Shown: one piece after another, positions 19,791-32,516 of the stretch | Layout of the letters: every line of letters starts with the position of its first letter | Position numbering within the stretch: position 1 is the first letter of the stretch | Origin: Phaeosaccion multiseriatum | Lineage: Eukaryota; Protista; Ochrophyta, other classes | Reading direction: 5' to 3' | Length of the DNA stretch: 64,000 bases | NCBI GenBank assembly: GCA_965112735.1 | Contig: OZ218954.1 | Location: forward strand, 1,302,001-1,366,000 | Notes under the pieces: generated by a model | Told to the model about the DNA's origin: nothing | What the model saw: only the letters and a program-made list of their open reading frames with translations | Database searches by the model: none | Position numbers and translations under genes: made by a program

Positions 19791-20538
19791 GGGGGGGTCT
19801 CAGCAGCACTTGCAAAGAGTGCTCCAATGGTACAGTCGTCAGGATATGATGAGGCAGGGGATGGCAGTGGATGGCGAAGGTCAAGGGGTAGGGGCAGGGG
19901 AAGGGGCACAGCAGCGGCGAAGCACCAACGGGTACAGCCTCAACAGCGGTGGTGGGGGGCCAGAGCGGGAGCAAGGTCAGCCTCTACTCGCAAGCACCGG
20001 AGGACACAGCGACGAGGAGGACGAGGAGGAGGGACACCATATCGAAGACGCCATTGATCAAGACCGTACCACTATCACGGCTCCTCTTCTTCTCAAAGAG
20101 GAGAGAGAGAATAGCACAGACGCAGATGAGGAAGAGTACAACAACGGGGTATTAGGAGGAGGAGGAGGAGGAGGAGGAGGAGGAGGAGGTATGGGATTGC
20201 TCTCCCCAGGGGGTATGGTGGGTCTTAACAGTACGGCTTCGCTGTCTTCTCCCGCGGGGGATTTGGAATTATCGTTTCCCCCGGGAGCGGGTCTGCTGCG
20301 CGGAGTGCGTAAACGCGAAGCAGAGGAAGGGCTGCAGGAATTGGCGGCACAGCCGTTGCCAGGGCCGTTACAATCACATGGGGGTGGGGGTATCCGGCGG
20401 CGCCGAGTTCGATTTGCAGATCAGGTCGCGGAAGCGCCCGCTCCTTCACTCTCTTGGGAGCGCATCGACTACTGTGTAGCGGCAGATAACACCACAAGCA
20501 GCAGTAGCAGCAGCAGCAGCAGGAGGAGAAGTATCAAC

Positions 20539-20579
<41 letters not shown>

Positions 20580-23191
20580 CAATAGTAGTAGCAGTAATAG
20601 CAGCGGCGAGAGTAGAAGCAGCAGGAGGAGTTGGTTGCCCTGGAGAGAGGTCAGGAGCAGCAGGGCCACAAACGGAGACGGGGGTCGGCGAGGCATCAAG
20701 CGGGGGAGGCGGCGGAAAAGGGTCCTGCTGGGGGTGTCGGGCTGTGCGGGTCCCCTCTCCACCGCCCGAGACGGACCCAACTGCATGCCGTGGCTTGCTG
20801 CTGTATCGCCAACTGCTGCTGATGGTGAGGTTGTATCACCAACTGCTGGTGCGGAGCCTGGTGGGCGATTCGGCAGCGGGGGGGAGGGGAGAGAGCGCAA
20901 TCATGACCGAATCGCTCCTCCTCCTCCTCCTCCTCCTCCTCCTGCTCCTCCACTCTCAGGGGAGAGCATCATTACAGCCATTATGGGCCCATCCGGCTCG
21001 GGTAAAACCAGCCTCCTGGAGATTTTGGCGGGAAGGAGTCTGCCCAGGCACAGCAGGGCAACAGGGGTGGTGAAGCTGGACGGGCAAGTGGTGTCTCCGG
21101 AGGCGGTGAGGGCCGTTTCGGGCTATGTCGCGCAGGAGGATGTGTTGCCGGGGCTGCTGACGCCCTACGAACACTTGATGTTCCACGCCAAGCTGCGGCT
21201 GCTGTCTCAGTCTCAAGAAGAGGAGTGGGCAGGAGGAGGGGGGGAAGTGGGAGGAGGAGGAGGAGGAGGAGGAGGAGGAGGAGTGGAAGCAGGAAGGGGG
21301 GGATGGGGATGGGGAAAGCCAGTTCGAAGCAGCCGCGGGCCCGGAGGGGGAAGACCCAAGCCCAGCCCCAAGCAATCTGCGTGGAGGAGGAGGCGGGGGC
21401 GGGTCCTGACACTGCTGAAAGAGCTTGGGCTGGAGCATGTGGCAGACTCGCTCATCGGCAACGAGTTTCGCAGGGGAATCTCGGGCGGGGAGAAGCGGCG
21501 CCTGAGCATCGGAGTGGAGCTTCTCTCGAGGCCCAAGCTGCTCTTCCTGGATGAGTGCACCACGGGCCTGGTGAGTTGAGTCAGTCAGTCGGTCCGGCAG
21601 TCAGTCAGTCAGCTCCATCCTTTTGTTTTCCATGCAGAAGTTGGTGATACAGCAGCCAAAAGTTCCACGTGGCGAAGGTCGCTCACCTTCCTCCTGCATG
21701 AACTGACCCTTTTTCTGGGATGCTGTATCACCAACTTGTGCTGATGCACCAACCCCCCTCAGGATAGCTGCAACGCCATGCGCGTGATGCGGCTTGTGGC
21801 GGAGGTGGCGTACAGAGGTACCACGGTCATCGCCTCTCTGCACCAGCCCCGAAGAGACATGTTCTCTCTGCTGGGGAGGGTGCTGTTGCTCAAGGAGGGC
21901 AGGCTCGTGTACCACGGCACGCCGGCCGGAGTGTACAGAGACTTTGAGGTAATTATCACTCACTCACACACACTCACTCATTCATTCACTCACTCACTTA
22001 CTGACTCACTCACTCACTCACTCACTTACTCACTCACTCCCTCACTTACTCACTCCCTCCCTCCCTCCCTCCGTCACTCACTCACTCCCTCCCTCTTCCA
22101 CCTCTTCTTACTATTCTTGTAGGCCCTGGGCTGTCCGCTCGATGCCCACCCCTCGGGCAACCCTGCAGACGCCATGCTCGACGCGTGTCTCTCCGAAATT
22201 GTTTTCGACGACCAATGGTGGCTGTATGACCTACACCAGCACCAGCGGCATCAGCACCAGCAGCACCAGCAGCACCAGCAGCACCAGCAGCGCCAGTTGG
22301 TGGTACAGCAGCAGCAAGGGCCGGGCAGTAGTAGGGGCGACGACGGCGCTGAGAGGCTGACCAGCAGCACCAGTAGCCGAGGGGGTGAGCAGGACAACAA
22401 CCCCTTCTTGCCGCCGTCGATGGCCACCTCTTCCTCCTCCTCACAATCGTCCGTCGGGCGGGGTGGTGGTGGTGGGGGAGGAGGAGGAGGAGGAGGTGGA
22501 GCGTCGACTTCCTTATTGCTCCGACGTCGACGGCCGCAGGAGGGGCAGGAGCAGGGCCAGGGCAAGGAGGGGCAGGAAGGGCAGGAGGAAGACGAGGAGG
22601 ACGAGCAGGAAGAAGATGAGGATGAGAAGGAGGGGGAGGGCGGATATCTGCTCCTCCAGAAGCATCAGAAGCACCACACACGTGAGAAGCCCGCCCAACC
22701 TCTGGCGACGGCGCCCTTCGCGGTGCAGCTCTCGGCCCTCTCCGAGAGGCTGTTGCGCCAGGCGTACCGACATCCACTGCTGCTTTTGCTGCACTTTGGG
22801 GGGGCTTTGACCATGGCGCTATGTCTCAGTAGTGTGTTTTACAAGCAGCTTGGGCTCAATCTGGAGGGGGTGCAGGTGAGAGAGAGAGGAGGGAGGAAGA
22901 GGGGAAGAGAGGAGACAAGACCGGGGTATGGCGCGGGCGGAGGTGTGGGTGTGTGCGTATGGATAGGTGTTGGGTGTGGGGGTGCTGTTCAATGGTGGTG
23001 TTGCTTTCTCTTGTTGTTGTTGTTGCTGTTGCTGCTGTTGCTGCTGCTGCTCGTACTACTTTGCCACTACTGACGCTGTCCCTACTATTGCGCTTGCTGC
23101 CGCGTTCTCATCCTCTCCTTCTCCTTGTCCTCCTCCTCCTCCTCCTCCTCCTGCTTCTACTATTACTACTACTACTACTACTACTACTACG

Positions 23192-23229
<38 letters not shown>

Positions 23230-26200
23230 CATACAGAACCGATTCGGACTGCTCTTCTTCATCCTCGTCTACATGTCTTTCCTCTCCCTCTCCTCTCTAC
23301 CCGTGTGGAGAGACGAACGCCGCCTCTTTGTGGCCGAGAGCTCAGCCCCCGGTGGTGCTGGACTCTACAGTACCTCCGCTTACTTTGCTGCAGTCACATT
23401 GTCGGACTTGTTGCTGGTCCGGGTGGTCCCTCCCCTCCTCTTCGGCATTGTCACCTATGACCTTGTGGGGATGAATGCCTCCAGCGGCACGGACCTCTGT
23501 GTGTTTACCTTTTCCGCCATCGTCGTTCTCTGCAATGTAAGTGTGTGTGAAGGTTAAGACTGGGAGTAAGGGTTTGTGTTGTGAGATGTTTTCACCTCAG
23601 ATCGCCCCTTCTGTTGAGCTCAATTTCCCCAAACTTTTGTGGGTTCATGCACCTCTCCCCCTCAGGCAGACGGACCCACCTGCACACCCACCCACACACC
23701 CACACACACACACACACGCACACGCTCGTAGCTCTTCCCCTTTCCATTCCCCTCCTCCCATGCTGATCGATCACCACCTCCGCCCCCTCTTCCCCGCCCG
23801 CTACCCCTGTGATATCCTCAAATCACCAACTGCCTTGTTTCCTGCCTGCAGATGTGCTCCGCCTTGACAGCCATGTGTGTGGGCGCTGCAGGCCTCCCCA
23901 CGGGACTCGGAAACCTTGTGGGTGGACTCTGCGTCCTGCTCTACGCCCTCTTCGGCCGCTTCCTACTCAACGTGTCGAGAATCCCTTTGGCGTGCAAATG
24001 GATCACCTACGTGAGTGGAGCTGCGGCTGTATCACCAACTGCTGCTGTGGCTGCTGCGGCGGTGGGGACTTGCCCTTTTAGCTTCGGTAGCGTATCTTGT
24101 TTTGTATGTGTGTGTATCTTGTTTTGTATGTGTGTGTGTGCATGTGAGCGTGTGTATTTATGCGTACATGTGTGCACTTGTTGAAACCGCCCGAAGAACG
24201 CACACATCTGTTGCACATTTGGTTTTGTTGCCTTTCGTGTCCGCTCCCTCCCTTGTTCTATCCATTCACCCCACCCACCACCCCTCCTTCCTGTCCCACC
24301 CATTCACCCACCCACCCACCCACCCATCCACCTACCTCCCCTCTCCTCCCCTCCCCTCCCCCTGCAGCTCACCCCCCTCGGCTTTGGGTTTGAGTCACTC
24401 CTTATCAACGAATTCCTCGACAGCGCCGGCGACCGACCTTACCGAATCGAAGGCTCCCACTGCTCGCCTGACCTGCCCGTGGTGCAGCCCCTGGGTCCTG
24501 AGATCCTCGCTACCTTTGACTTTGCCAGCGATCGAGGGACTCTGCGCTGGGATATCGCCGCACTTGTCTGCCTCGCACTTGCCTACACGGCGCTGAGCTT
24601 CTCTGTGCTCTACGTGACGACTTTTGGAAGCTCCAGTGGCAGTCGCAGTGGTATCTTTTCGTCGTCGTCGTCGTCGTTGTCGTTGTCGTCCTCCTGCTTC
24701 TGCTGGAAGTGGTGCAGCAAGATGAAGGGGGAGAGCGGTAGAGCCGGTGGAGGCCGATGGAGCCCTACGCACGGTTACGACGGTTACGACGGAGAGTCTG
24801 GGCATGCTACCGATGAGGGTGGTGGTGGTCATGGTGGTCGTGTGGGTGGTGGTGGTGCTAATGCTGGTGCTGGTGTTGGTGCTGGTGTTGGTGCTGTAGA
24901 GGGTAGTTGGAGTGACCACCTGAGAATCGCTCCGGTGCTTTCCTGGTCTGCCGTGAGCTACCGACTTGCCGTGGGAGGGCTACTCACTGATGGCAGCGGT
25001 GAGAAGGAGATACTTCGTGGGGTGAGTGGATTTGCTGCCGGGGAACTGGACGACGACGACGACGACGCCACTTTCGCCAACTGTGAGTCTGCTCCTGCCA
25101 GCTGTGATTCGTCGCCGTCGTCGCCCTTGTGGCCCTGGAACGAGGGCACCGCAGCAGCTGCGAATGCGAATATGGACACTAGGGACAATACGAGTGTCGA
25201 TAGCATCAGTGTGCTTCCCCACTCTGCACACCACCACCATCATCAGCGCATGCGAAACTGTAGCGGCAATCACTGGAGCATGGGAAGCGTCACAGGCCTG
25301 ATGGGTCCGTCCGGGGCAGGCAAGACGAGCCTCCTGAACATCCTTGCTGGGAGGAAGGTCGCCAATGGAGGCACCGTGACAGGAACCATAAAAATCGATG
25401 GACAAGTGGCCTCTCCGGCGGCGGTGAGGGCCGTTTCGGGCTACGTGACTCAGGACGACCACTTCCCAGGCCTCCTCACGGTTTCCGAGTACCTCATGTT
25501 TCATGCCAAGCTTCGGCTGACGGCGGCGCCTGCTGTATCACCAACTGCTCCTCCTGCTCGGATGGGAGGAGGAGGAAGAGCAAGAGAATACGCACCTCCT
25601 CGCCAGGGCGGAGGAGTGACGCCAGCCACACCTCGTAGGAGGGCAAGTAGGCAACAGATGAAGGTGCGGGTCCTGACACTGCTGAAAGAGCTTGGGCTGG
25701 AGCATGTGGCAGACTCGCTCATCGGCAACGAGTTCCGCAGGGGAATCTCGGGCGGGGAGAAGCGGCGTCTGAGTATCGGAGTGGAGCTTCTCTCGAGGCC
25801 CAAGCTGCTCTTCCTGGATGAGTGCACCACGGGCCTGGTGAGTTGAGTCAGTCAGTCGGTCCGTCAGTCAGTCAGCCCTGCCCTTCCCTACTCATTCCGT
25901 CCTGCCCATTTGCCTCTCCGACGCCATCGTTTCCCAAAAAAAGGCCCATGTTCTCTCACCCGCCTCCTGCATGGACTAACACTCTTTCTGGGATGCTTCA
26001 TCACCAACTTGTGCTGATGCACCAACCCCCCTCAGGATAGCTGCAACGCCATGCGCGTGATGCGGCTTGTGGCGGAGGTGGCGTACAGAGGCACCACGGT
26101 CATCGCCTCTCTGCACCAGCCCCGAAGAGACATGTTCTCTCTGCTGGGGAGGGTGCTGCTGCTCAAGGAGGGCAGGCTCGTGTACCACGGCACGCCGGCC

Positions 26201-26758
26201 GGAGTGTACAGAGACTTTGAGGTAATTATCACTCACTGTCGTGCACGAAGGAATCGCTTCAAAATGTCTCCTTCCTATGTCTCTCTGTCTCTGTTTTTTT
26301 TCTCTCTCCCGATGTCTCTGTCTCTTTGCTTCTCTTTCTCTCTCTCTCTCCCTTCCTCTCCATCTCTCTCACACTCACCCTCCTCTCTGTCCCATGCACG
26401 CATATCCACAACGCATCACACATCTATCCACCCATGCGCCCATCCACCCACCCACTCACCCATCCACCCACACATTCACCCACCCACTCACCCATCCACC
26501 CACTCACTCACTCACTCACTCACCCACCCACCCTCCTACCCGTACCAACAGGCGCTGGGCTACCCCCTCCAGGCCCACTCGTCCGGCAACCCTGCAGACG
26601 CGATGCTCGACGCCGTGTCTCAGCTTCGTCTCCAGGATGAGTACTTTGACGCTGTCCGGGGTCAGGTGGAGCAGCAGTCGGCGCAGGTTCAAGCAGCAGT
26701 TGGTGGTATAGCACGGGAAGATGGGGGGTGCACAACCGTCACTACCACCGGCAACGGG

Positions 26759-26794
<36 letters not shown>

Positions 26795-28243
26795 AGCATC
26801 AGTAGCAGCAGTAGCAGCAGCGGAAGGAGCAGCTTCGCCTGGCAGTGCTGGGTCCTGGTGGAGAGGGCCGGTTTGCTCTCGCTGCGCGACCCTCGACTGG
26901 TGGCGTTACACCTGTTGCTGACGACGGCGGTGGCCGGGCTGGTAGTGCTGCTCTTCCACGACTTGCCGGCCAAGAACGAGGAGACGAGCGGTGTGCAGGA
27001 CCGCTTCGGTCTCTTCTTCTTCCTCCTGCTCTACACAGCAATGCTAGGACTCACTTCGCTGCCTCTGTGGAGGGAGAGCCTCTCTCTCTTGCTGCACGAG
27101 CGAGGCAGCCATACCTACGGAAGCCTTGCCCACCTCACTGCCCACCTCCTTGCAGACCTACTACCCTGTCGTGTACTGCCATCCCTGCTGCTGGTGGCCC
27201 TCATCTACACGCCCCTCGGTCTGCACGGCGACGATGATGGGGGAGGGACCCGCCACGCCACCCGCTGTGCCGCCATTCTCGTCGCGTTTAACCTCACCAT
27301 GGGTGCAATCTATGCCGCCTGCGCCATTGCCACCAAGTCAAACGGAGCGGCCAACGCGTTGGGCGGACTCGCCCTCCTTTTTAGCGCCCTCTTTGGCGGG
27401 TTTCTGCTGTCTCCTGAGAGCTTGTCCTCCTCGTCCTCGGGAGGGTGGGGCGGGGGGTGGGGCGTCCTGCTTTACATCAGCCCTATGCACCGCGCCTATG
27501 AGGCACTTGTGGTCAACGAGCTTGGAGGTGAGGCAAGGAGGGATGGAGGGAGGGAGAGGAGGAAGGGAGTGAGTGAGTGAGTGAGTGAGTGAGTGAGTGA
27601 GGGAGGTAGGGAGAGGAGGAAGGAAGGGAGGAGAGGGAGAGGAGGGAGGGAGAGGAGGGAGGGAGAGGAGGGAGGGAGGGAGGGAGGGAGGGAGGGGGGT
27701 AGTGAGTGAGTGAGTAAGTGAGTGAGAGAGGAAGGAAGGAAGGAAGGAAGGAAGGAAGGAAGGAAGGAAGGGAGGGAGGGAGGGAGGGAGGGAGGGAGGG
27801 AGGAGGTCACGCCGGGAGGCTTTTGAGGTCTGGCGTACTCTTCTGTGGTTTGAAGTGAAGGGATAATGGAAGATGCAGGAGTATAGCTGGTCGGTACGGC
27901 TGACCGTCCCTCTCTTCATCTGCCGTTGTGTGTTTGGGTTTCTCGCTCCCTCCTCCTCTCTCGCCTCTCTGTCTCTCTCGGGCTCTCCCTCTCCCTCTCC
28001 CCCTCACGCCGAAACCTTCCTCCCTCTCTCTTGCCCTCTCTTGTGACCAAAGGCTACGGTCCCATGTTTCGCCTCACTACCAAGATTGGCAACAACAAGG
28101 CCGTTACAGATCTTCTGAGCGGAGACGACATTCTGCGGTGCTTCGACTTCCGGAGAGACATGCTGGGGCCGGATCTGCTTACTCTCCTCGCACTCGCTAC
28201 GGCAGCTTGTACATTGGCACTGTTGCTCCTCCGTCGTCTATGA
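17255..28243 (+). CDS. Full-size ABCG transporter (ectodomain-TM-NBD1-TMD1-NBD2-TMD2) with an ADP1-like Cys-rich/EGF N-terminal ectodomain
   Basis: N-terminal hydrophobic segment, EGF-like [17 protein letters not shown], and two NBDs (GPSGSGKTS and GPSGAGKTS; both [16 protein letters not shown]). Both TMDs carry QNRFG/QDRFG. ORF 24479-25846 runs from the last TMD1 helix into NBD2 without a stop. Confidence 0.9.
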
Positions 28244-28437
28244 GTCCCCCACGGGACTGACTGGCTGACTGACTGACTGACTGACTGAGTGAGTGACTGA
28301 CCTGACTGACTGACTTGACTGAATGGGGACTGGGGCGCGGCGGAAGAGAGCAGGAAATATGAGCGGAGGCACGTGTGCAGCAGTAGAAGGAAGTACCATT
28401 TTTAAACAATGCTGTGGCGCCAATGGATATCAATGGG

Positions 28438-28707
28438 TCGGCTCCAGGCGAGGTTTCTCGGGCTTTAGGCTTCTGGGCCGTAGCCCCCTCCAGGCTTCGG
28501 GCTTCTGGCCGCAGGCCAGCGCAGACTTCTGGCCGCAGGTGGTCAGGCTTCAGGCTTCTCAGGTGGGAGAAAAATGGGGGACTTGGCAGGCTTCTCGCTA
28601 CTTTCTGCAGGCTTCTGGCCGCAGGCCAGCCGCAGGCTTCTTACTTTCGGCCGCAGGCCGCCGCAGGCTTCTGCTTTATCGGGGGCCCGAGAAACGCCTG
28701 GAGCCGA
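28438..28707. mobile_element. MITE, 270 bp, TCGGC...GCCGA termini, 6-bp TSD AATGGG
   Basis: TIR TCGGCTCCAGGC(gag)GTTTCTCGGGC at 28438-28463 versus 28685-28707. AATGGG at 28432-28437 and 28708-28713. Internal repeats CTTCTGGCCGCAGG and CAGGCTTC. Confidence 0.85.
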
Positions 28708-28816
28708 AATGGGGCACCTGTTCACAGATGGGCGGATGTCCAACCAGGATAGATGGCTCAGTATAAAATCAATTATCCACAGCCCTTCCTCTGTCCTTTC
28801 CACATCCTTACTTTAC

Positions 28817-30546
28817 ATGCTACTAGCAGCACTCTCACTGCTGCTGCTGCTACTACTACTATTAGTGCTACCGACGCCCAACGCCTTCTCCCTTTCCCTC
28901 CACAAGCCCCAGAGGCTTCTTGACTTTCCTAGCCTCGAGGCCCTCAGCGAGGGTGAGTATTGTCAGTGGAAGGGAAGGGGATTACCTCGGACACCTTTCT
29001 CTTGACCCTGATCTAGCACTTACTCTCTCCCCCCAATGTGTGCGCAGCAAATGACGCGGCACGAGGCGTGAAGCCTCCCTCCCATCAGAGCATCTGCACC
29101 TGGACGCCAGTGAGCGGCCCTCTTGCCACTCCCACCACAGAGAGCGGCGGGGAGAGCAGCAGCAGAAGTAGCAGGGGTATTTCGAGTAGCTGGAAGGAGG
29201 GGCCTACTCTACCATCTGCCCTGTCTGAGGCGGAGTGTGGGGCTTCGGGTGGAGAGTCTGGGCTGCTAAGGCATCTCCTTGTTCAGGAGATATCCTCTCA
29301 CACCGGGGTGTCGCATTCCGTGGCGGAAGAATTGGTTGCCATCGGTGCAGTCTACACTGCCCCGTCATCTGCAGCTGCTTGTTCTTCCGAACTCGCGTCT
29401 CGTGCATCGACTGCGACTACTGCTCGCCCTGATACCCCCCCCAAGGAGAAGGAGAGGGAGGGAAGCCAGAGGAGTGGCGCAGGCAAGGTGAAGTGGGCTC
29501 GCGTATTTGCCCAGGACGATGACTTAGAGGTGAGAGACGGAACAGTAAGTACGTCTGGCCAGCAGGATGCGAAATCGCCGACATGCCTGGTCTCTCCCAG
29601 AACGGCACATCCCTTTGTACCACTCGTTCGTTCTCTTGCTGAGCCCTTCCTCCTGCTCTGCCCCCTGCTTGCAACACGCACACACACACAGGCTAAGCTC
29701 TGCGGCCCGCTCCAGCTGAAGGTCTATCTCAACCCCGTTCGCTACCCCGGTGTGTACGTCGCAAACTGGCCGGATCGCCTGCTCCACCTGTGCGCAGACC
29801 TGGTGGTGGTGGACAAGCCACCGGCTGTACCTGTCCAACCTCACGTCTCCAATTATCATGAGTCGCTTCCCGGCACCGTGGCGCGAGGTAAGATGAGAGC
29901 AAGGATGAGAAGCGAAGCCAACAAAAGGCAGCACAGCATAAACTCCCTTTTCTCTTTCCCTCTTTCTTTCTCTCTCCTCTCTCTTCCTTCCTGCCTCGCC
30001 ATACGCTCGCCCTCTCAGTCCCCCCCCCCACACACACACCCTTCCCTTTGTTCCTATCCCCTACCCAGTGTTCGGACTGGGCCACTTGACCGTCGTCCAC
30101 CGCCTCGACACGTGTACATCCGGCGTGGTGGTGCTCGCCCGTAACAAGGCAGCGCAGGCGAGAGTGGGCTCGGCGTTCGAGAGAGGCGCCGTGAGCAAAG
30201 AATACCTTGCCCTCACTCGAGGGGCTGTTCCGCTCGGTGGGTGCGGGAGTGGCTGCTTTGGGCGTGATGGTGATGGTGATGACTTACGAGGCTGATGGTG
30301 ATGACTTACGAGGCTGATTGGGGGGTGGTTTAGACACGCGCCCTTCGGCGCCCTTCGAGGGGTCGACTACAATGTGCTGTGAAGCGTCACTACCACAGCG
30401 GCTCTTTTTAGTTTAAAACACAAAGCCCCCTGCTTTGGTTTTCCTGTCCTGCAACACAACACCCATCAGGCGAGCTCACGCATTGGAGCGACAGGGAGTC
30501 CAACATGGTGCAGCTGCTTCGAGAAACCGACCCATCGAACAGCAGC

Positions 30547-30590
<44 letters not shown>

Positions 30591-31495
30591 CAGTGTAGAG
30601 TCCGGAACCTCTGGCCGGGTATGTTCATCTTCCCCTAACGCCGCTCAGCGCTGGAGGCGGTGCCAGCTCGAGGTGCTCTCCTCCGCTGAGGTGGATCAAG
30701 CCAAGCTCAAACTAGGCGCCGTCGGAGCAGCAGCAGCAGGGCTACCGTTTCATCAGGTTCGAGCCTGTCGAAAGCGCCCTGCATTGTCTCCTCTCTCTCC
30801 CAGCAGCACTTCCTTCGTCCTTTCTCATGGTGTGTGAGAGAGGAGTTGCTACTGTAAGCCCCTCTCCACCCCCTTGATGCGGGTCTTGGCCTCTCACTCA
30901 CCCCATGTGCAACCCTCCCCCTTTTCGCCCCTCCCTGTCTGCTGCCGGCATACAGGCCCGAGTCCTTCTGGGCAGCGGAAGGAAGCACCAGATCCGTGCA
31001 CAGCTCGCCGCCGCCCATCGGCCCCTTCTGCTGGACACGCTCTACTCTCCGATGGCGGGGGTCACTCTGGACCGCTTCTCTGGCGCTTCCTCCCCCGCTG
31101 TGAGGCCATTGGCATCAACGGAAGTAGGAGGGAAAGCACGAGCAGGAGAAGCAGCAAGAGGAGAGACAGAGGAAGGAAGAAGAATAGCGATATCAGCACC
31201 GAGGCGAGGAGAAGGCAGAGGGGAGGCAGGAGGAGGAAGAGGAGGAGAGGGAACACCAGCACCAGAGGCGACACAGCAATCTTTGGCGGAGACTTTGGCG
31301 CTCTGCTGCCCGCCCCGAGGCCCAATCGGTCTGCACGCTGCCCTTCTCACTCTGCCAGGCAACGCGTTTACAGGCTGCAGGGCTCTTGCTTCCGCCCCCG
31401 CGGCGCGACAGATGGCAGCCTACGCTCCGGCCTCCGCTGCAGGGACAGAAGGGGTTACCTTTCGAGCCGGCCCCCCTTGGTGGGCCGCCGAGTGA
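28817..31495 (+). CDS. RluA-family RNA pseudouridine synthase, probably plastid-targeted
   Basis: VVVDKPPAVPVQP, catalytic VHRLDTCTSG, GSGRKHQIRAQL and IGLHA motifs. Leu-rich signal peptide ending PNA|FSL. Confidence 0.9.
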
Positions 31496-31804
31496 GTCAT
31501 CGCCCCTCCTTCGCTTCTTCCCCCCTTATGCGCGCTTTGATCGTACCGGTCCTGTCTTTATACTGAGGGGTTTTGTGAGGACGTGACTGCGCGGAAACCG
31601 CTGATTCGCCGTCTCGTCCATGAGCGACGAAGGGGGAGCATATGGGCAGGCGCGTGGTGTGGGGCCGCGCCCCCTCTCGTCCGATCTCGAGGCCCTCTGT
31701 CTGCGCTGGCTGGCAAGCAGTGGCGGGGCAGAGGCTGGACAGGGAAGCGACGAATGAGGCCCAGGCAGCACCAGTGTGTGTGTGTGATGAAGATAAGAGA
31801 GTTT

Positions 31805-31897
31805 TGGGCAGCGGAAGGAAGCACCAGATCCGTGCACAGCTCGGCGCCTGCTGCTGGACACGCTCTACTCTCCGATGGCGGGTATCACTCTGGGCCG
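31805..31897 (+). pseudogene. Duplicated fragment of the last RluA exon
   Basis: Near-identical to 30969-31073 (GSGRKHQIRAQL..LDTLYSPMAG), with an internal deletion. Confidence 0.85.
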
Positions 31898-32010
31898 GCC
31901 TCGCCGCGACTGCCACCCACAGGAGGCAAGACAACCGTCTGCGCACTGCTGAGCACGGGGGGCTGTCCGACGGTAAGGCCGGGGATGGGATAGCTTGTCA
32001 AGCGCTTTGT

Positions 32011-32516
32011 GTAAGAGAGATAACTGGGTGAACGGACAGCTAATCGGTTTTGCTGCTAACTCTGAAGAATACAGGTTGTTTGAGGTTCCGATGGCTTTAT
32101 TGTGCCTCCCTTACCTATGGCTACTCTGGACGCTGAGCAGAAATTCACACGCACCTCTGGAAAGTGGAAAAAGGGGGGGGGGGGGGCGAGGGGGGGCCAA
32201 TTTTCCCAGCGGACAGACACCCAATTCCCTTACGTGCCGTACTTATGTAAGGATGTGACGTACTTACGTAAGTATGCGACGCACTTACGTAAGTTTCTAA
32301 AAGTAATATCTTTTTCAAATTTCTTTTTCTGATCCCTTAGTAACTTACTCCCGACTTCTAAAGGTGGCAATGTGTTCGTAAGAGGCAGGGCCAAGACAGG
32401 GAGGCAAGTACGGCGCCAGTAGTGGCTAAAGAAGAAAAAAGGGGGGGGGGGGGGGTAGGGGGGGTAGGCCCTGTCCGCAAAACGGGTGTGTCCGCCCACC
32501 CAGTTATCTCTCTTAC
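32011..32516. mobile_element. MITE-like element with a perfect 20-bp inverted repeat, no TSD seen
   Basis: GTAAGAGAGATAACTGGGTG at 32011-32030 and its reverse complement at 32497-32516. Internal ACTTAYGTAAG units recur with a 21-bp period. Confidence 0.6.

Noticed and set aside
20832-20844. Dispersed motif as a conserved peptide (AVSPTA) or a lambda-operator-like TATCACC half-site
   Set aside because: It occurs in introns and in several frames and strands, and it has no dyad partner or phage context.
24479-28243. Second ABCG half as a separate gene
   Set aside because: The reading frame is continuous from TMD1 into NBD2.
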